Assembly (NCBI GenBank): GCA_964441745.1
Contig: CAYTYR010000002.1
Span: forward strand, 62,001-126,000
DNA from: an uncultured Clostridia bacterium
GTDB lineage: Bacteria > CAYTYR01 > UBA6262
Reading direction: 5' to 3'
DNA: 64,000 nt
A program made the position numbers and the translations under genes. The stretch's first letter is position 1. Each line of letters starts with the position of its first letter. Of this stretch, positions 55,540 through 63,598 are shown piece by piece. The notes under the pieces are model-generated. The model saw nothing but the letters and a program-made list of their open reading frames with translations, was not told the DNA's origin and did not search any database.

Positions 55540-56286
55540 ATGGAAAACGACAATATTCACTTAGGCAAATCCAGGACTGCGGCTGTTGATGAAAAAGTCA
55601 TCGTCCCCAGTACATCTTCCGGCATAGACAAAAGTATCCTGACCTATTACCAGCCCAAAGGAGCCATTGCCGAGCAATACCGCACTTTGCGCACCAATCT
55701 CAAGAGGATTAACAAAGAAAATCCAGTCAAGACCATCGTCTTGACCAGCTCAGTGCATAATGAAGGTAAATCTACTACTGCGGTCAATCTGGCCATAGCT
55801 ATGTCCTATGAAAAAGAGCGTAAGATACTATTAATCGATGGTGATTTGCGCAAGAGCAAGATTCATCTTCTGCTGGGCATGACAAATACCAAAGGCCTTT
55901 CTGAACTGCTTAAGTCACGGGCTACTGCTGAAGAAGTGATACGCAACACCCAAATCCCTGGCTTGGATATCATCACCTCCGGCACAGTGCCATCGGATCC
56001 CAGTGAATTATTGGAGTCCCAGAAAATGAAGGATTTCCTCTTATCTATGAAATTACAGTACGATTTCATTATTGTTGATACTCCGCCGATCATCCCGCTC
56101 ACTGATGCCGCCGCTTTAGGGGTCAATGTGGATGGGGTAGTGATGGTCGTGCAGACCAACCGGACCAAAAAGGAAGTAGTCACCCAGGCCGAGAACCTTT
56201 TACAGCAGGCAGGATGCAATCTCCTGGGCTTCATCCTGACCAATGTCGAATACTACATCCCCAGCTACTATTACAAGTATGTTTAG
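55540..56286 (+). CDS. CpsD/CapB family bacterial tyrosine kinase
   Basis: EQYR.LRTN, EGKST, LLIDGDLR and IVDTPP motifs; Tyr-rich tail YYIPSYYYKY. Confidence 0.92.
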   Translation: MENDNIHLGKSRTAAVDEKVIVPSTSSGIDKSILTYYQPKGAIAEQYRTLRTNLKRINKENPVKTIVLTSSVHNEGKSTTAVNLAIAMSYEKERKILLIDGDLRKSKIHLLLGMTNTKGLSELLKSRATAEEVIRNTQIPGLDIITSGTVPSDPSELLESQKMKDFLLSMKLQYDFIIVDTPPIIPLTDAAALGVNVDGVVMVVQTNRTKKEVVTQAENLLQQAGCNLLGFILTNVEYYIPSYYYKYV

Positions 56287-56288
56287 TA

Positions 56289-56336
56289 TTGACAAATAGT
56301 CTACTCATGAGTATACTAATCGTAAGTAGACTATTT
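56289..56336 (+). promoter_or_regulatory. Sigma70 promoter overlapped by an inverted-repeat operator
   Basis: TTGACA-17-TATACT; AAATAGTCTACT (56294) / AGTAGACTATTT (56325). Confidence 0.75.
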
Positions 56337-56349
56337 AGGGAAAGGCAAT

Positions 56350-57741
56350 ATGACATTCATAAACAGAAAGAAAGAATTAGCCAGCTTAAGCTCAATGTGG
56401 AAAGAACGCCGGAGCCATTTTGTGGTCATTTACGGCAAAAGGCGGGTCGGTAAGACCGAGCTTATCAAGCAATTCATGAAGAAGAAGCCGGGTATCTATT
56501 TCTTATCCGATAAAAGATCCAATCACGATCAACTGCGTGAATTAAGCAGGATGTTCGGGGAATACTTTAACGATCCTTTATTGACCAAACAAGGATTTGG
56601 TGATTGGCTGGATGTTTTCCGTTACCTTAAAAGAAATGTCCGGAAGCCATTTGTTTTCGCAATTGACGAATACCCCTATCTGGTGGAGGTGGATAAAGCT
56701 ATAAGCTCGGTATTTCAGAAGGGGTGGGATGAATATCTGAAAACCAGCCAAGTCTTTCTTATCTTATCCGGCTCAAGTATCTCTATGATGGAATCAGAAG
56801 CTTTGATATATACCTCGCCCTTATTCGGACGCCGGACAGGACAATATTTGATCGAGCCAATGCCATTTCAGGCCAGCCGGAAGTTTTTCCCGAAATTAGG
56901 GTTTAAGGAGTCCTTGAGAATATATACGATAACTGGCGGTATGCCAGCCTATCTCTTGCAATTTGAGAAAAATCTTTCTCTGGAAGAAAATATTAAGCGA
57001 AGTATAATCAATAAAACCAGCTATCTCTATAATGAAATTGAGTTTATCATCAAAGAGGAGTTAAGGGAGCCGAAGAACTATCTGTCCATATTGAGCGCTA
57101 TTGCCTGGGGTAAGGCGAAATTCGGGGAAATCGTCAATGATACCGGCCTGGAGAAAAACGTACTGAACAAATACCTGGACACTTTAGTCAAACTGCATTT
57201 GATAGAGAAAGAGGTCCCGATCACTGAAGATAAACCGCATAAATCCCGTAAAGGGATATACAAAATCGCCGACAATTATTTCCGGTTCTGGTTCCATTAT
57301 ATTTTCCCCTATAAGAGTGTCCTGGAGATTAACGACAGCGATCAGGTCCTGCGGGCTATAAAAGATAGTTTTACCGGTTTAGAAGCTCTTACCTATGAAA
57401 AAATATGCCGGGAAATGCTTTGGCAGTTCAAAGTAAAGATTTTTCCCTTTGAACAAGTAGGCAGGTGGTGGGATAAAGAGCAGGAGATAGATATGATAGG
57501 GATCAATGAGAACACAAAAGAAATAGTCTTCGGGGAAGTCAAGTGGTCAAAGAATGAAGTAGGGACTGATATATATGAAAAATTAAAAGAAAAAGCCGGG
57601 AAAGTAGCCTGGAATTCCGGTAACCGGAAGGAATATTATATTTTATTCAGCAAAAGCGGCTTTACGAAAAACATGAAAGACCTGGCCAAAAAAGAAAATG
57701 TTTTCTTAGTTCGCCAGGATAGATTGCTATCATTAAACTAA
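56350..57741 (+). CDS. Archaeal-type AAA ATPase with wHTH and DUF234-like nuclease-fold C-terminus
   Basis: FINRKKEL, YGKRRVGKT, IDEYPY, TGGMPAYL and EID....GEVKW motifs. Confidence 0.85.
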   Translation: MTFINRKKELASLSSMWKERRSHFVVIYGKRRVGKTELIKQFMKKKPGIYFLSDKRSNHDQLRELSRMFGEYFNDPLLTKQGFGDWLDVFRYLKRNVRKPFVFAIDEYPYLVEVDKAISSVFQKGWDEYLKTSQVFLILSGSSISMMESEALIYTSPLFGRRTGQYLIEPMPFQASRKFFPKLGFKESLRIYTITGGMPAYLLQFEKNLSLEENIKRSIINKTSYLYNEIEFIIKEELREPKNYLSILSAIAWGKAKFGEIVNDTGLEKNVLNKYLDTLVKLHLIEKEVPITEDKPHKSRKGIYKIADNYFRFWFHYIFPYKSVLEINDSDQVLRAIKDSFTGLEALTYEKICREMLWQFKVKIFPFEQVGRWWDKEQEIDMIGINENTKEIVFGEVKWSKNEVGTDIYEKLKEKAGKVAWNSGNRKEYYILFSKSGFTKNMKDLAKKENVFLVRQDRLLSLN

Positions 57742-57752
57742 AGGAGCCCAAA

Positions 57753-58112
57753 ATGAAAAAAGTTATATTGCTATTAAGTCTTTTACTGCTGACTGCCGTC
57801 TGCCATCTGCCGTCCAGCCACGCCGCGTTAAAAGACAATCTCTCCGAATCCTATCTCTACCCCAATCCTGTCCGCACCTCCTTGGGACATGATAAGGTGA
57901 CTTTTGAAAACCTGACCAATAATGTCATTATCAGGATATTCAAAACTAATGGCAATTTAGTCCGGGAGATCAATGCCACTGACACCACTGGCGCCGTCAC
58001 CTGGGACCTGAACAACGATAACGGCAAAAAGATCGCCAGCGGCATGTATCTTTATCTTATCACCAATGACCGTGGCCACAAACTCAAAGGCAAACTCGCC
58101 ATCATCCGGTAA
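57753..58112 (+). CDS. Small secreted protein consisting essentially of a T9SS-type C-terminal domain
   Basis: Signal peptide, then YPNPV...IF...GNLVR...WDL.N..G..IASGMY.Y...GKLAIIR. Confidence 0.75.
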   Translation: MKKVILLLSLLLLTAVCHLPSSHAALKDNLSESYLYPNPVRTSLGHDKVTFENLTNNVIIRIFKTNGNLVREINATDTTGAVTWDLNNDNGKKIASGMYLYLITNDRGHKLKGKLAIIR

Positions 58113-58114
58113 AT

Positions 58115-58190
58115 ACAGTTTTCCCCTGCTGATTTGTCTTAAAGGACAAATCAAAGACGCGGGGACAGGGGAGTTTTGAATTTAGGTAAA
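58115..58190 (+). repeat. Family C left arm (AGTTTTG-type) interrupted by a GC-rich hairpin
   Basis: ACAGTTTT[CCCCTG...CAGGG]GAGTTTTGAATTTAGGTAAA; complements 58600-58642. Confidence 0.65.
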
Positions 58191-58203
58191 TTAATTTTAC
58201 AGG

Positions 58204-58575
58204 ATGGATCTATTGATAAAAAACGACATTGAGAAAAGGACGCGTAACTACGCTATACAAGCAATTAAATTAGCAAAGAGTATTGAAAAAGACGATATAA
58301 ATCGAATACTGATTAGACAATATGTTAGATCAGCCACATCGCTTGGAGCTAATGTAGCTGAAGCCCAAGCAGCTTCAAGCAGAAAAGATTTCGTTAATAA
58401 GATGCAAATAGCAAGTAAGGAGGCTCGTGAAACAAAGTATTGGCTAAGCATAATGCGCGATATAGAAGTTTGCACTAAGGCTAAAATAGCAGAGAACATC
58501 CAGGAAGCAGGTCAAATTATCAATATAATAACAGCTATAGTAAAAAATACTCAAAAAAATGAAGCCTATTTTTAG
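58204..58575 (+). CDS. Four-helix bundle protein (TIGR02436 family)
   Basis: RQYVRSATSLGANVAEAQAASSRKDF..K..IA.KEARET.YWL. Confidence 0.9.
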   Translation: MDLLIKNDIEKRTRNYAIQAIKLAKSIEKDDINRILIRQYVRSATSLGANVAEAQAASSRKDFVNKMQIASKEARETKYWLSIMRDIEVCTKAKIAENIQEAGQIINIITAIVKNTQKNEAYF

Positions 58576-58593
58576 GCCAGGGAGGAAATAATA

Positions 58594-59601
58594 ATGTTGT
58601 TTAACCTTAACTCAAAACTCAAAACTTATGACTCAAAACTGTTTTTAACATTGCTGCTTCTATGCGCCGTAATCCAACCACGAACTCTCTTGGCCCAAAG
58701 CCATAAAAACTCCGGCGCCAACGGCGCCCAAATATTGGAATTAAAAACCGGCGCTCGCCCCTCCGCCATGGGCGGCGCGTTTGTGAGTATCAGCGATGAT
58801 TCTAATGCTGTCGCCTACAATCCAGCCGGCTTGGCTTATTTGACCAAAACAGAGCTTCAGCTCAACCAGAACAAATTATTTTCTGAAGCTACTTCCAACT
58901 ACATTGGCTGGGTCTATCCCTTGGATGAAATGCATGCCCGCAATGTTTTTGACCTGGGTACTTTAGCTGGCAACCTGAACTTTGTTGATTATGGCAAGAT
59001 AGCCGGTCGCGATAATTTGGGCAATGACACCGGAGAATTCGGAGCCAGGGACAGAGTCATCTCTCTGGCCTATGGCAAGGCCTTTACTACTAACTTTGCC
59101 GTTGGCTTAACTGCCAGGCAAATTCGGGAAGAGATTGCCGCTGTCACTGCCAATGGTTACAGCTTTGATGCCGGTATGCTCTTCACCAATATTATGGATA
59201 CCTTTAATATCGGCATTGCTGCCCAAAACTTGGGAGACAAGATCACCTTTGAGCAGGAAGCCAATCCTCTGCCCGCCAATTATGTCATCGGTACCTCCTT
59301 AAACCTCTTTGATAACAGCTTGACCTTAGCCGCTGACCTGAACAAGCCAGTCCATGACTACTACCATTGGAACTTTGGCAGTGAATATTGGCTCACCAGT
59401 GTCTTAGCTCTGCGTCTGGGCTATGATACCAAGCATGATATCGGCAACGGGCTCTCAACAGGAATCGGCGTTAGTTTGCAGGATTTTGAATTTTCCTTTG
59501 TCCCGCTCTCTGAACTGGCGATCAACTATGCCTATGTTTCCCGCGGTGACCTTGGTGTCATCCACCAGATAGAGTTGGTGCTAAAGATAGGTATTGAGTA
59601 A
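58594..59601 (+). CDS. PorV/PorQ-family outer-membrane beta-barrel
   Basis: GAQILEL..GARPSAMGGAF....DD....YNPAG; DLGVIHQI near C-terminus. Confidence 0.82.
   Translation: MLFNLNSKLKTYDSKLFLTLLLLCAVIQPRTLLAQSHKNSGANGAQILELKTGARPSAMGGAFVSISDDSNAVAYNPAGLAYLTKTELQLNQNKLFSEATSNYIGWVYPLDEMHARNVFDLGTLAGNLNFVDYGKIAGRDNLGNDTGEFGARDRVISLAYGKAFTTNFAVGLTARQIREEIAAVTANGYSFDAGMLFTNIMDTFNIGIAAQNLGDKITFEQEANPLPANYVIGTSLNLFDNSLTLAADLNKPVHDYYHWNFGSEYWLTSVLALRLGYDTKHDIGNGLSTGIGVSLQDFEFSFVPLSELAINYAYVSRGDLGVIHQIELVLKIGIE
58600..58642 (+). repeat. Family C right arm (AAAACTC heptamers), in frame in the N-terminus of the downstream gene
   Basis: TTTAACC TTAACTC AAAACTC AAAACTT ATGACTC AAAACTG. Confidence 0.75.
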
Positions 59602-59625
59602 AGGAGAAGTTTTAGAAAATACATA

Positions 59626-59711
59626 TTCCGGTTTTAGAGTGCGGCCAACGGGAGTCTCCGCCAACAAGCTTTGGCGGACGCAGCGCAGAAGCCTTAGTGG
59701 AGGAGAAGAGT
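59626..59711 (+). repeat. Family E spacer repeat, copy 1 (5' shortened)
   Basis: TTCCGGTTTTAGAGTGCGGCCAA.GGGAGTCTCCGCCAA...TTAGTGGAGGAGAAGAGT. Confidence 0.9.
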
Positions 59712-59878
59712 TTCCTGGTTATTAGATAGAGATAGTCATCAAGATTAGCATGGAATAAAGCCACTGTAAATAGCATAATTAGTATATTATACTTGACAAT
59801 TTATTAGTATATATAGTATATTAATATTAGTAATTACTAAAGTAATGCACCTGCAAAACAGAAGGGGCGCTCTAAACA

Positions 59879-61168
59879 ATGCCTGAGAATTTTAGAAGAA
59901 AAATATTTACAAATCTTAAGAGTTTTATTAAAGATAAAGAAATTATTGTTATCCATGGTTCCCGCCAAGTTGGGAAGACATGGCTTATGCGTTATATTAC
60001 AGACCAACATCTTAAAGATCTGGTGCCGAATAATAACATATTCTATTTTGACCTTGAAGATTTTCGCTTATTGGAGCTATGTAATTCATCCGCCGAAGAG
60101 GTCGTTTCCTACCTCAAAGCAAAGGGGGCAGATTTTCAACAAAAAATCTTTTTACTCATAGATGAGATCCAATATCTCAACAATCCCTCTAGTTTTCTCA
60201 AATATTTTTATGATCACTACCAGGATAATGTAAAATTAATAGTATCCGGCTCTTCCAGTTTATTAATAAAGAGAAAATTTCAGGATAGCCTGGTAGGAAG
60301 AACAATGGAATTTGAGTTGTTTACTTTGGATTTTGAGGAATTCCTGAAGTTTAAGAAATATAATTACGATCTTGAAGGAGATCTGCCCAAAAAACTGCAT
60401 GAAGAGTTAAAAGTACTTTACCATGAGTTTGTGCTTTTTGGCGGATATCCGGCTGTTGTATTGGAGAATGAAACAGACAAAAAAGAGTTAAAGCTGAAAC
60501 AAATAATAAATACTTATATTAAAAAAGATATTCGGGACTTGGCCGAGATCAGGGATATAGATAAATTTAACAATTTGGTAAAGATGGTTTCCGCGCAAAC
60601 AGGAAGTCTAATGAATGTTTTAGAGTTGGCTACTACGCTTGGCTTAGCTAAGCAAACAGTACAGGGATACCTGTTTCTTCTGGAAAACACTTACATTATC
60701 AGGAGAATTAAACCCTTTCACCGCAATATAAGAAGCGAACTTAGCAAAATGCCAAAGGTTTTCCTGGAAGATACCGGCTTGGCAAATGTTTTAATCAATA
60801 AAACATTTTCTTTTAATATGGATGGTAATTTACTGGAAAACAGCGTTTATTCCCAAATTCGCAAGAATATTCCGGTAGAAAATATTAATTATTGGAGAAC
60901 CATTAAAAAACAGGAAGTTGATTTTGTAATTGATTACATCGATCGAGAAGGCAAAAAGGTGTTATTGGCTGTAGAAGTGAAAAACATGTTTCTGAATAAA
61001 TATAGTTCTAATCTCCGCTACTTCAAACAGCAATATAAGCAAGCCGAGATATATTTTTGTTGCCTGGATAAAAAGGAAACATCAAAAGATAGCCAGGTTA
61101 AGATTATTTATCCCTGGGAATTATTAAAAACCCTGAATCTCAAGGTTAAGCCAGGGATTCCTTACTAA
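59879..61168 (+). CDS. AAA+ ATPase with DUF4143-type C-terminus
   Basis: GSRQVGKT, LIDEIQY, SGSSS, FGGYP, KVFLEDTGL and EVDFV...EVK motifs. Confidence 0.88.
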   Translation: MPENFRRKIFTNLKSFIKDKEIIVIHGSRQVGKTWLMRYITDQHLKDLVPNNNIFYFDLEDFRLLELCNSSAEEVVSYLKAKGADFQQKIFLLIDEIQYLNNPSSFLKYFYDHYQDNVKLIVSGSSSLLIKRKFQDSLVGRTMEFELFTLDFEEFLKFKKYNYDLEGDLPKKLHEELKVLYHEFVLFGGYPAVVLENETDKKELKLKQIINTYIKKDIRDLAEIRDIDKFNNLVKMVSAQTGSLMNVLELATTLGLAKQTVQGYLFLLENTYIIRRIKPFHRNIRSELSKMPKVFLEDTGLANVLINKTFSFNMDGNLLENSVYSQIRKNIPVENINYWRTIKKQEVDFVIDYIDREGKKVLLAVEVKNMFLNKYSSNLRYFKQQYKQAEIYFCCLDKKETSKDSQVKIIYPWELLKTLNLKVKPGIPY

Positions 61169-61170
61169 TG

Positions 61171-61294
61171 ACTCCGCCACTGCCGGTTTTAGAGTGCGGC
61201 CAATGGGAGTCTCCGCCAACATCCTCCAATAAGCTTTGGCGGACTAAAGAGCTTTGGCGGACGCAGCGCAGAAGCCTTAGTGGAGGAGAAGAGT
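61171..61294 (+). repeat. Family E spacer repeat, copy 2 (with nested internal expansion)
   Basis: ACTCCGCCACT...AGTGGAGGAG; AGCTTTGGCGGAC occurs twice. Confidence 0.9.
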
Positions 61295-61365
61295 GGGTAA
61301 AATAGGCAGCTTTCACGATTCAGTGCCTGCCCTTGCAGTTTTATATTAAGGTTATTGATAAATCC

Positions 61366-61409
61366 TTGACACTTAGTAGTAAATATGTTATTCTTACAGT
61401 AGTAAATAT
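61366..61409 (+). promoter_or_regulatory. Sigma70 promoter with direct-repeat operator
   Basis: TTGACA-17-TATTCT with TG extension; AGTAGTAAATAT at 61375 and 61398. Confidence 0.7.
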
Positions 61410-61427
61410 TACCAGGAGGTGATAAAT

Positions 61428-61700
61428 ATGCTCGCCAAAGTCAGTATTAAACACCAGATTACGATTCCCAAAAACATCGCGGTTGCTTTTAATCTCAAAA
61501 AAGGGGACTTTCTGGAAATTGAGAGAAAGGGAAATAAGATTATTATGATTCCAAAAGAAGTTATTCTTGAAGATAAATATCCACAGGAAAGCCTGGCGGC
61601 CGCGGAAAAAATCCTGGCCAAAGGCCTGCCTAAAGAAGAAATCACCTTTAACTCAGGGGTAGCCGTGGTAGACTTTTTTAAAAAAAGGGTTAAAAAATGA
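61428..61700 (+). CDS. AbrB/MazE/SpoVT-family antitoxin
   Basis: KVS.K.QITIPK.I...FNLKKGD.LEI. Confidence 0.85.
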   Translation: MLAKVSIKHQITIPKNIAVAFNLKKGDFLEIERKGNKIIMIPKEVILEDKYPQESLAAAEKILAKGLPKEEITFNSGVAVVDFFKKRVKK

Positions 61701-61984
61701 GATATTTTGTTCTGCGTTCGTTTGTCAAAAAATTTGATAGCTGCACAAAAACAGAACAGGAAGCAATTAATCTTGTCATAGAGCAAATCAAAAATTATTT
61801 GGAAACCAATCAGGAGCCTTATGGATTGAGAATTAAAAGTCTTTCCTTAAGGATTTATGAAGCCAGAGTTAATATTCACCTGCGGATTGTTTATTTTCGC
61901 CAAAAGGACATAGTAAAATTCTTTTGTTTAGGCGATCATGACGATATCAAAAGGTTTCTTAAAAACGTAAAGAAATTTCTGTAA
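61697..61984 (+). CDS. RelE/ParE-like type II toxin
   Basis: F.KKF...GLRIKSL...IYEARVN..LRI......GDHDDI; ATGA overlap with the antitoxin. Confidence 0.75.
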   Translation: MRYFVLRSFVKKFDSCTKTEQEAINLVIEQIKNYLETNQEPYGLRIKSLSLRIYEARVNIHLRIVYFRQKDIVKFFCLGDHDDIKRFLKNVKKFL

Positions 61985-62074
61985 AACTCCGCCACTTCCG
62001 GTTTTAGAGCGCGGCCAATGGGAGTCTCCGCCAAGAAGATAGGCGGACACAGCGCCGAGTATTAGTGGAGGAGT
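61981..62074 (+). repeat. Family E spacer repeat, copy 3
   Basis: GTAAAACTCCGCCACTTCCGGTTTTAGAG...TTAGTGGAGGAGT. Confidence 0.9.
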
Positions 62075-62097
62075 AAAGTGATTAAATGAGTAGTATT

Positions 62098-62151
62098 TAT
62101 ACGATACAATCGTATATTTTCTTGACAATATATACGATATTATCGTATAAT
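62098..62151 (+). promoter_or_regulatory. Sigma70 promoter with two TATACGAT-N3-ATCGTATA palindromes
   Basis: TTGACA-18-TATAAT; palindromes at 62098-62116 and 62131-62149. Confidence 0.75.
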
Positions 62152-62167
62152 TAGCTAGGAGGGATAA

Positions 62168-63346
62168 ATGGAAACTCTATTTTATCGCTATAACCCCTGG
62201 TGGGAAGGAAAGTTAACTTTAGAGGGCATAATAGAGCGGTCTAAGCCGTTGTCTATAATGCGCAGAAATCTCCAGACCAAGCAGATAGTTCTCTTAACTG
62301 GTTTAAGAAGGGTAGGGAAAACCACTCTTCTTAAGCTTTTTATCAAGAGTCTTATAGAAAGAGAGAACATTGACGCGAAACATATATTTTATATAAGTCT
62401 TGATGATTATTTATTAACAAAAAAATCGATAATAGAGATAGTAGATGAATTCAGATCGATCAATAAGATAAGTTTTAAGGAGAAAGTATATCTTTTCTTT
62501 GATGAGATCACTTATAAAAAAGATTTTGAGCTTCAATTAAAGAACTTGTACGATAGCCAGGAAGTAAAAATATATGCTTCTTCTTCCAGCGCGTCTGTTT
62601 TAAGGAGCCGCAAACCTTATTTAACCGGGCGGCATGTTACTTTAGAAATTATGCCATTAGACTTTCAGGAATATTTAATATTTAAGCAAATCAATATTCA
62701 AAAAAGTGACCAGCACCTGGTCGCGTCGCATTTTGAAGGTTTCCTCTTCACTGGAGGATTGCCTGAATATGTTCTTCATGGGGATATAGAGTATTTAAAG
62801 GAACTGGTTGATGACATTATATACAAAGATATCGCTTCCTTTTATAAGATCAGAAAACCTCAAATATTAAAAGATTATTTTGTTCTGCTGATGGAACGCG
62901 CCGGCAAAGTGGTAAGTATAAATAAAATAGCTCATATATTAAAGATTTCTCCGGATACCGCTAAAAGGTATCTAAAGATGTTTGCTGATACTTATCTGAT
63001 ATATTTAGTATCAAGGCACGGCAAAACAAATGATAACATCCTTGCGCCCAAGAAAATCTATGCGGCTGATCTGGGGGTAAGATGCATATTTACAGGAAAC
63101 AGGGATAAGGGGAGCCTTTTTGAAAACTATATTTATCTCAAGATCAAGGATGAAAATCCGAAATATCTATATCAGGATGGGACGGAAATAGATTATTTAA
63201 CTGAAGATAAGACTCTTATTGAAGTAAAGTATGGGAAAGATTTAAATGAAATTCAGGAGAAATTATTTAAGAAATTCAAGGCAGATAAGAAGGTTATTAT
63301 TAAAAGCAACTATGATTTGGAAAAATATCTGGAAAAAGAGTATTAG
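62168..63346 (+). CDS. AAA+ ATPase with DUF4143-type C-terminus
   Basis: YNPWW, TGLRRVGKT, FFDEI, TGGLPE, KIY..DLG and EID...EVK motifs. Confidence 0.88.
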   Translation: METLFYRYNPWWEGKLTLEGIIERSKPLSIMRRNLQTKQIVLLTGLRRVGKTTLLKLFIKSLIERENIDAKHIFYISLDDYLLTKKSIIEIVDEFRSINKISFKEKVYLFFDEITYKKDFELQLKNLYDSQEVKIYASSSSASVLRSRKPYLTGRHVTLEIMPLDFQEYLIFKQINIQKSDQHLVASHFEGFLFTGGLPEYVLHGDIEYLKELVDDIIYKDIASFYKIRKPQILKDYFVLLMERAGKVVSINKIAHILKISPDTAKRYLKMFADTYLIYLVSRHGKTNDNILAPKKIYAADLGVRCIFTGNRDKGSLFENYIYLKIKDENPKYLYQDGTEIDYLTEDKTLIEVKYGKDLNEIQEKLFKKFKADKKVIIKSNYDLEKYLEKEY

Positions 63347-63353
63347 ATTAACC

Positions 63354-63452
63354 GTAAAACTCCGCCACTTCCGGTTTTAGAGTGCGGCCAATGGGAGTCT
63401 CCACCAAGAAGATAGGCGGACACAGCGCCGAGTATTAGTGGAGGAGAAGAGT
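63354..63452 (+). repeat. Family E spacer repeat, copy 4
   Basis: Near-identical to copy 3. Confidence 0.9.
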
Positions 63453-63598
63453 TAAGGTCACCTTCAATGCGGGAATGAAGGTGGCAGCGCATGACCCAGC
63501 AGTTTTTTGTAGGATCGGTTAATAAAACTTGACAGTTTAGATGTAAAATGGTTTATTTTTAATTAAAACTGTCGCCAAACGACAGTATTAAGGATAAT

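Noticed and set aside
13890-58575. Diversity-generating retroelement, suggested by Avd-like four-helix-bundle genes
   Set aside because: No reverse transcriptase ORF, and no TR/VR pair differing at adenines was seen in the window.
283-62370. Numerous short antisense and alternative-frame ORFs in the track
   Set aside because: Nearly all overlap well-supported genes or RNA elements and have no recognisable motifs.
59626-63452. Canonical integron attC sites
   Set aside because: RYYYAAC and GTTRRRY ends are not consistently present and there is no integrase in the window. Kept only as a cassette-like finding.
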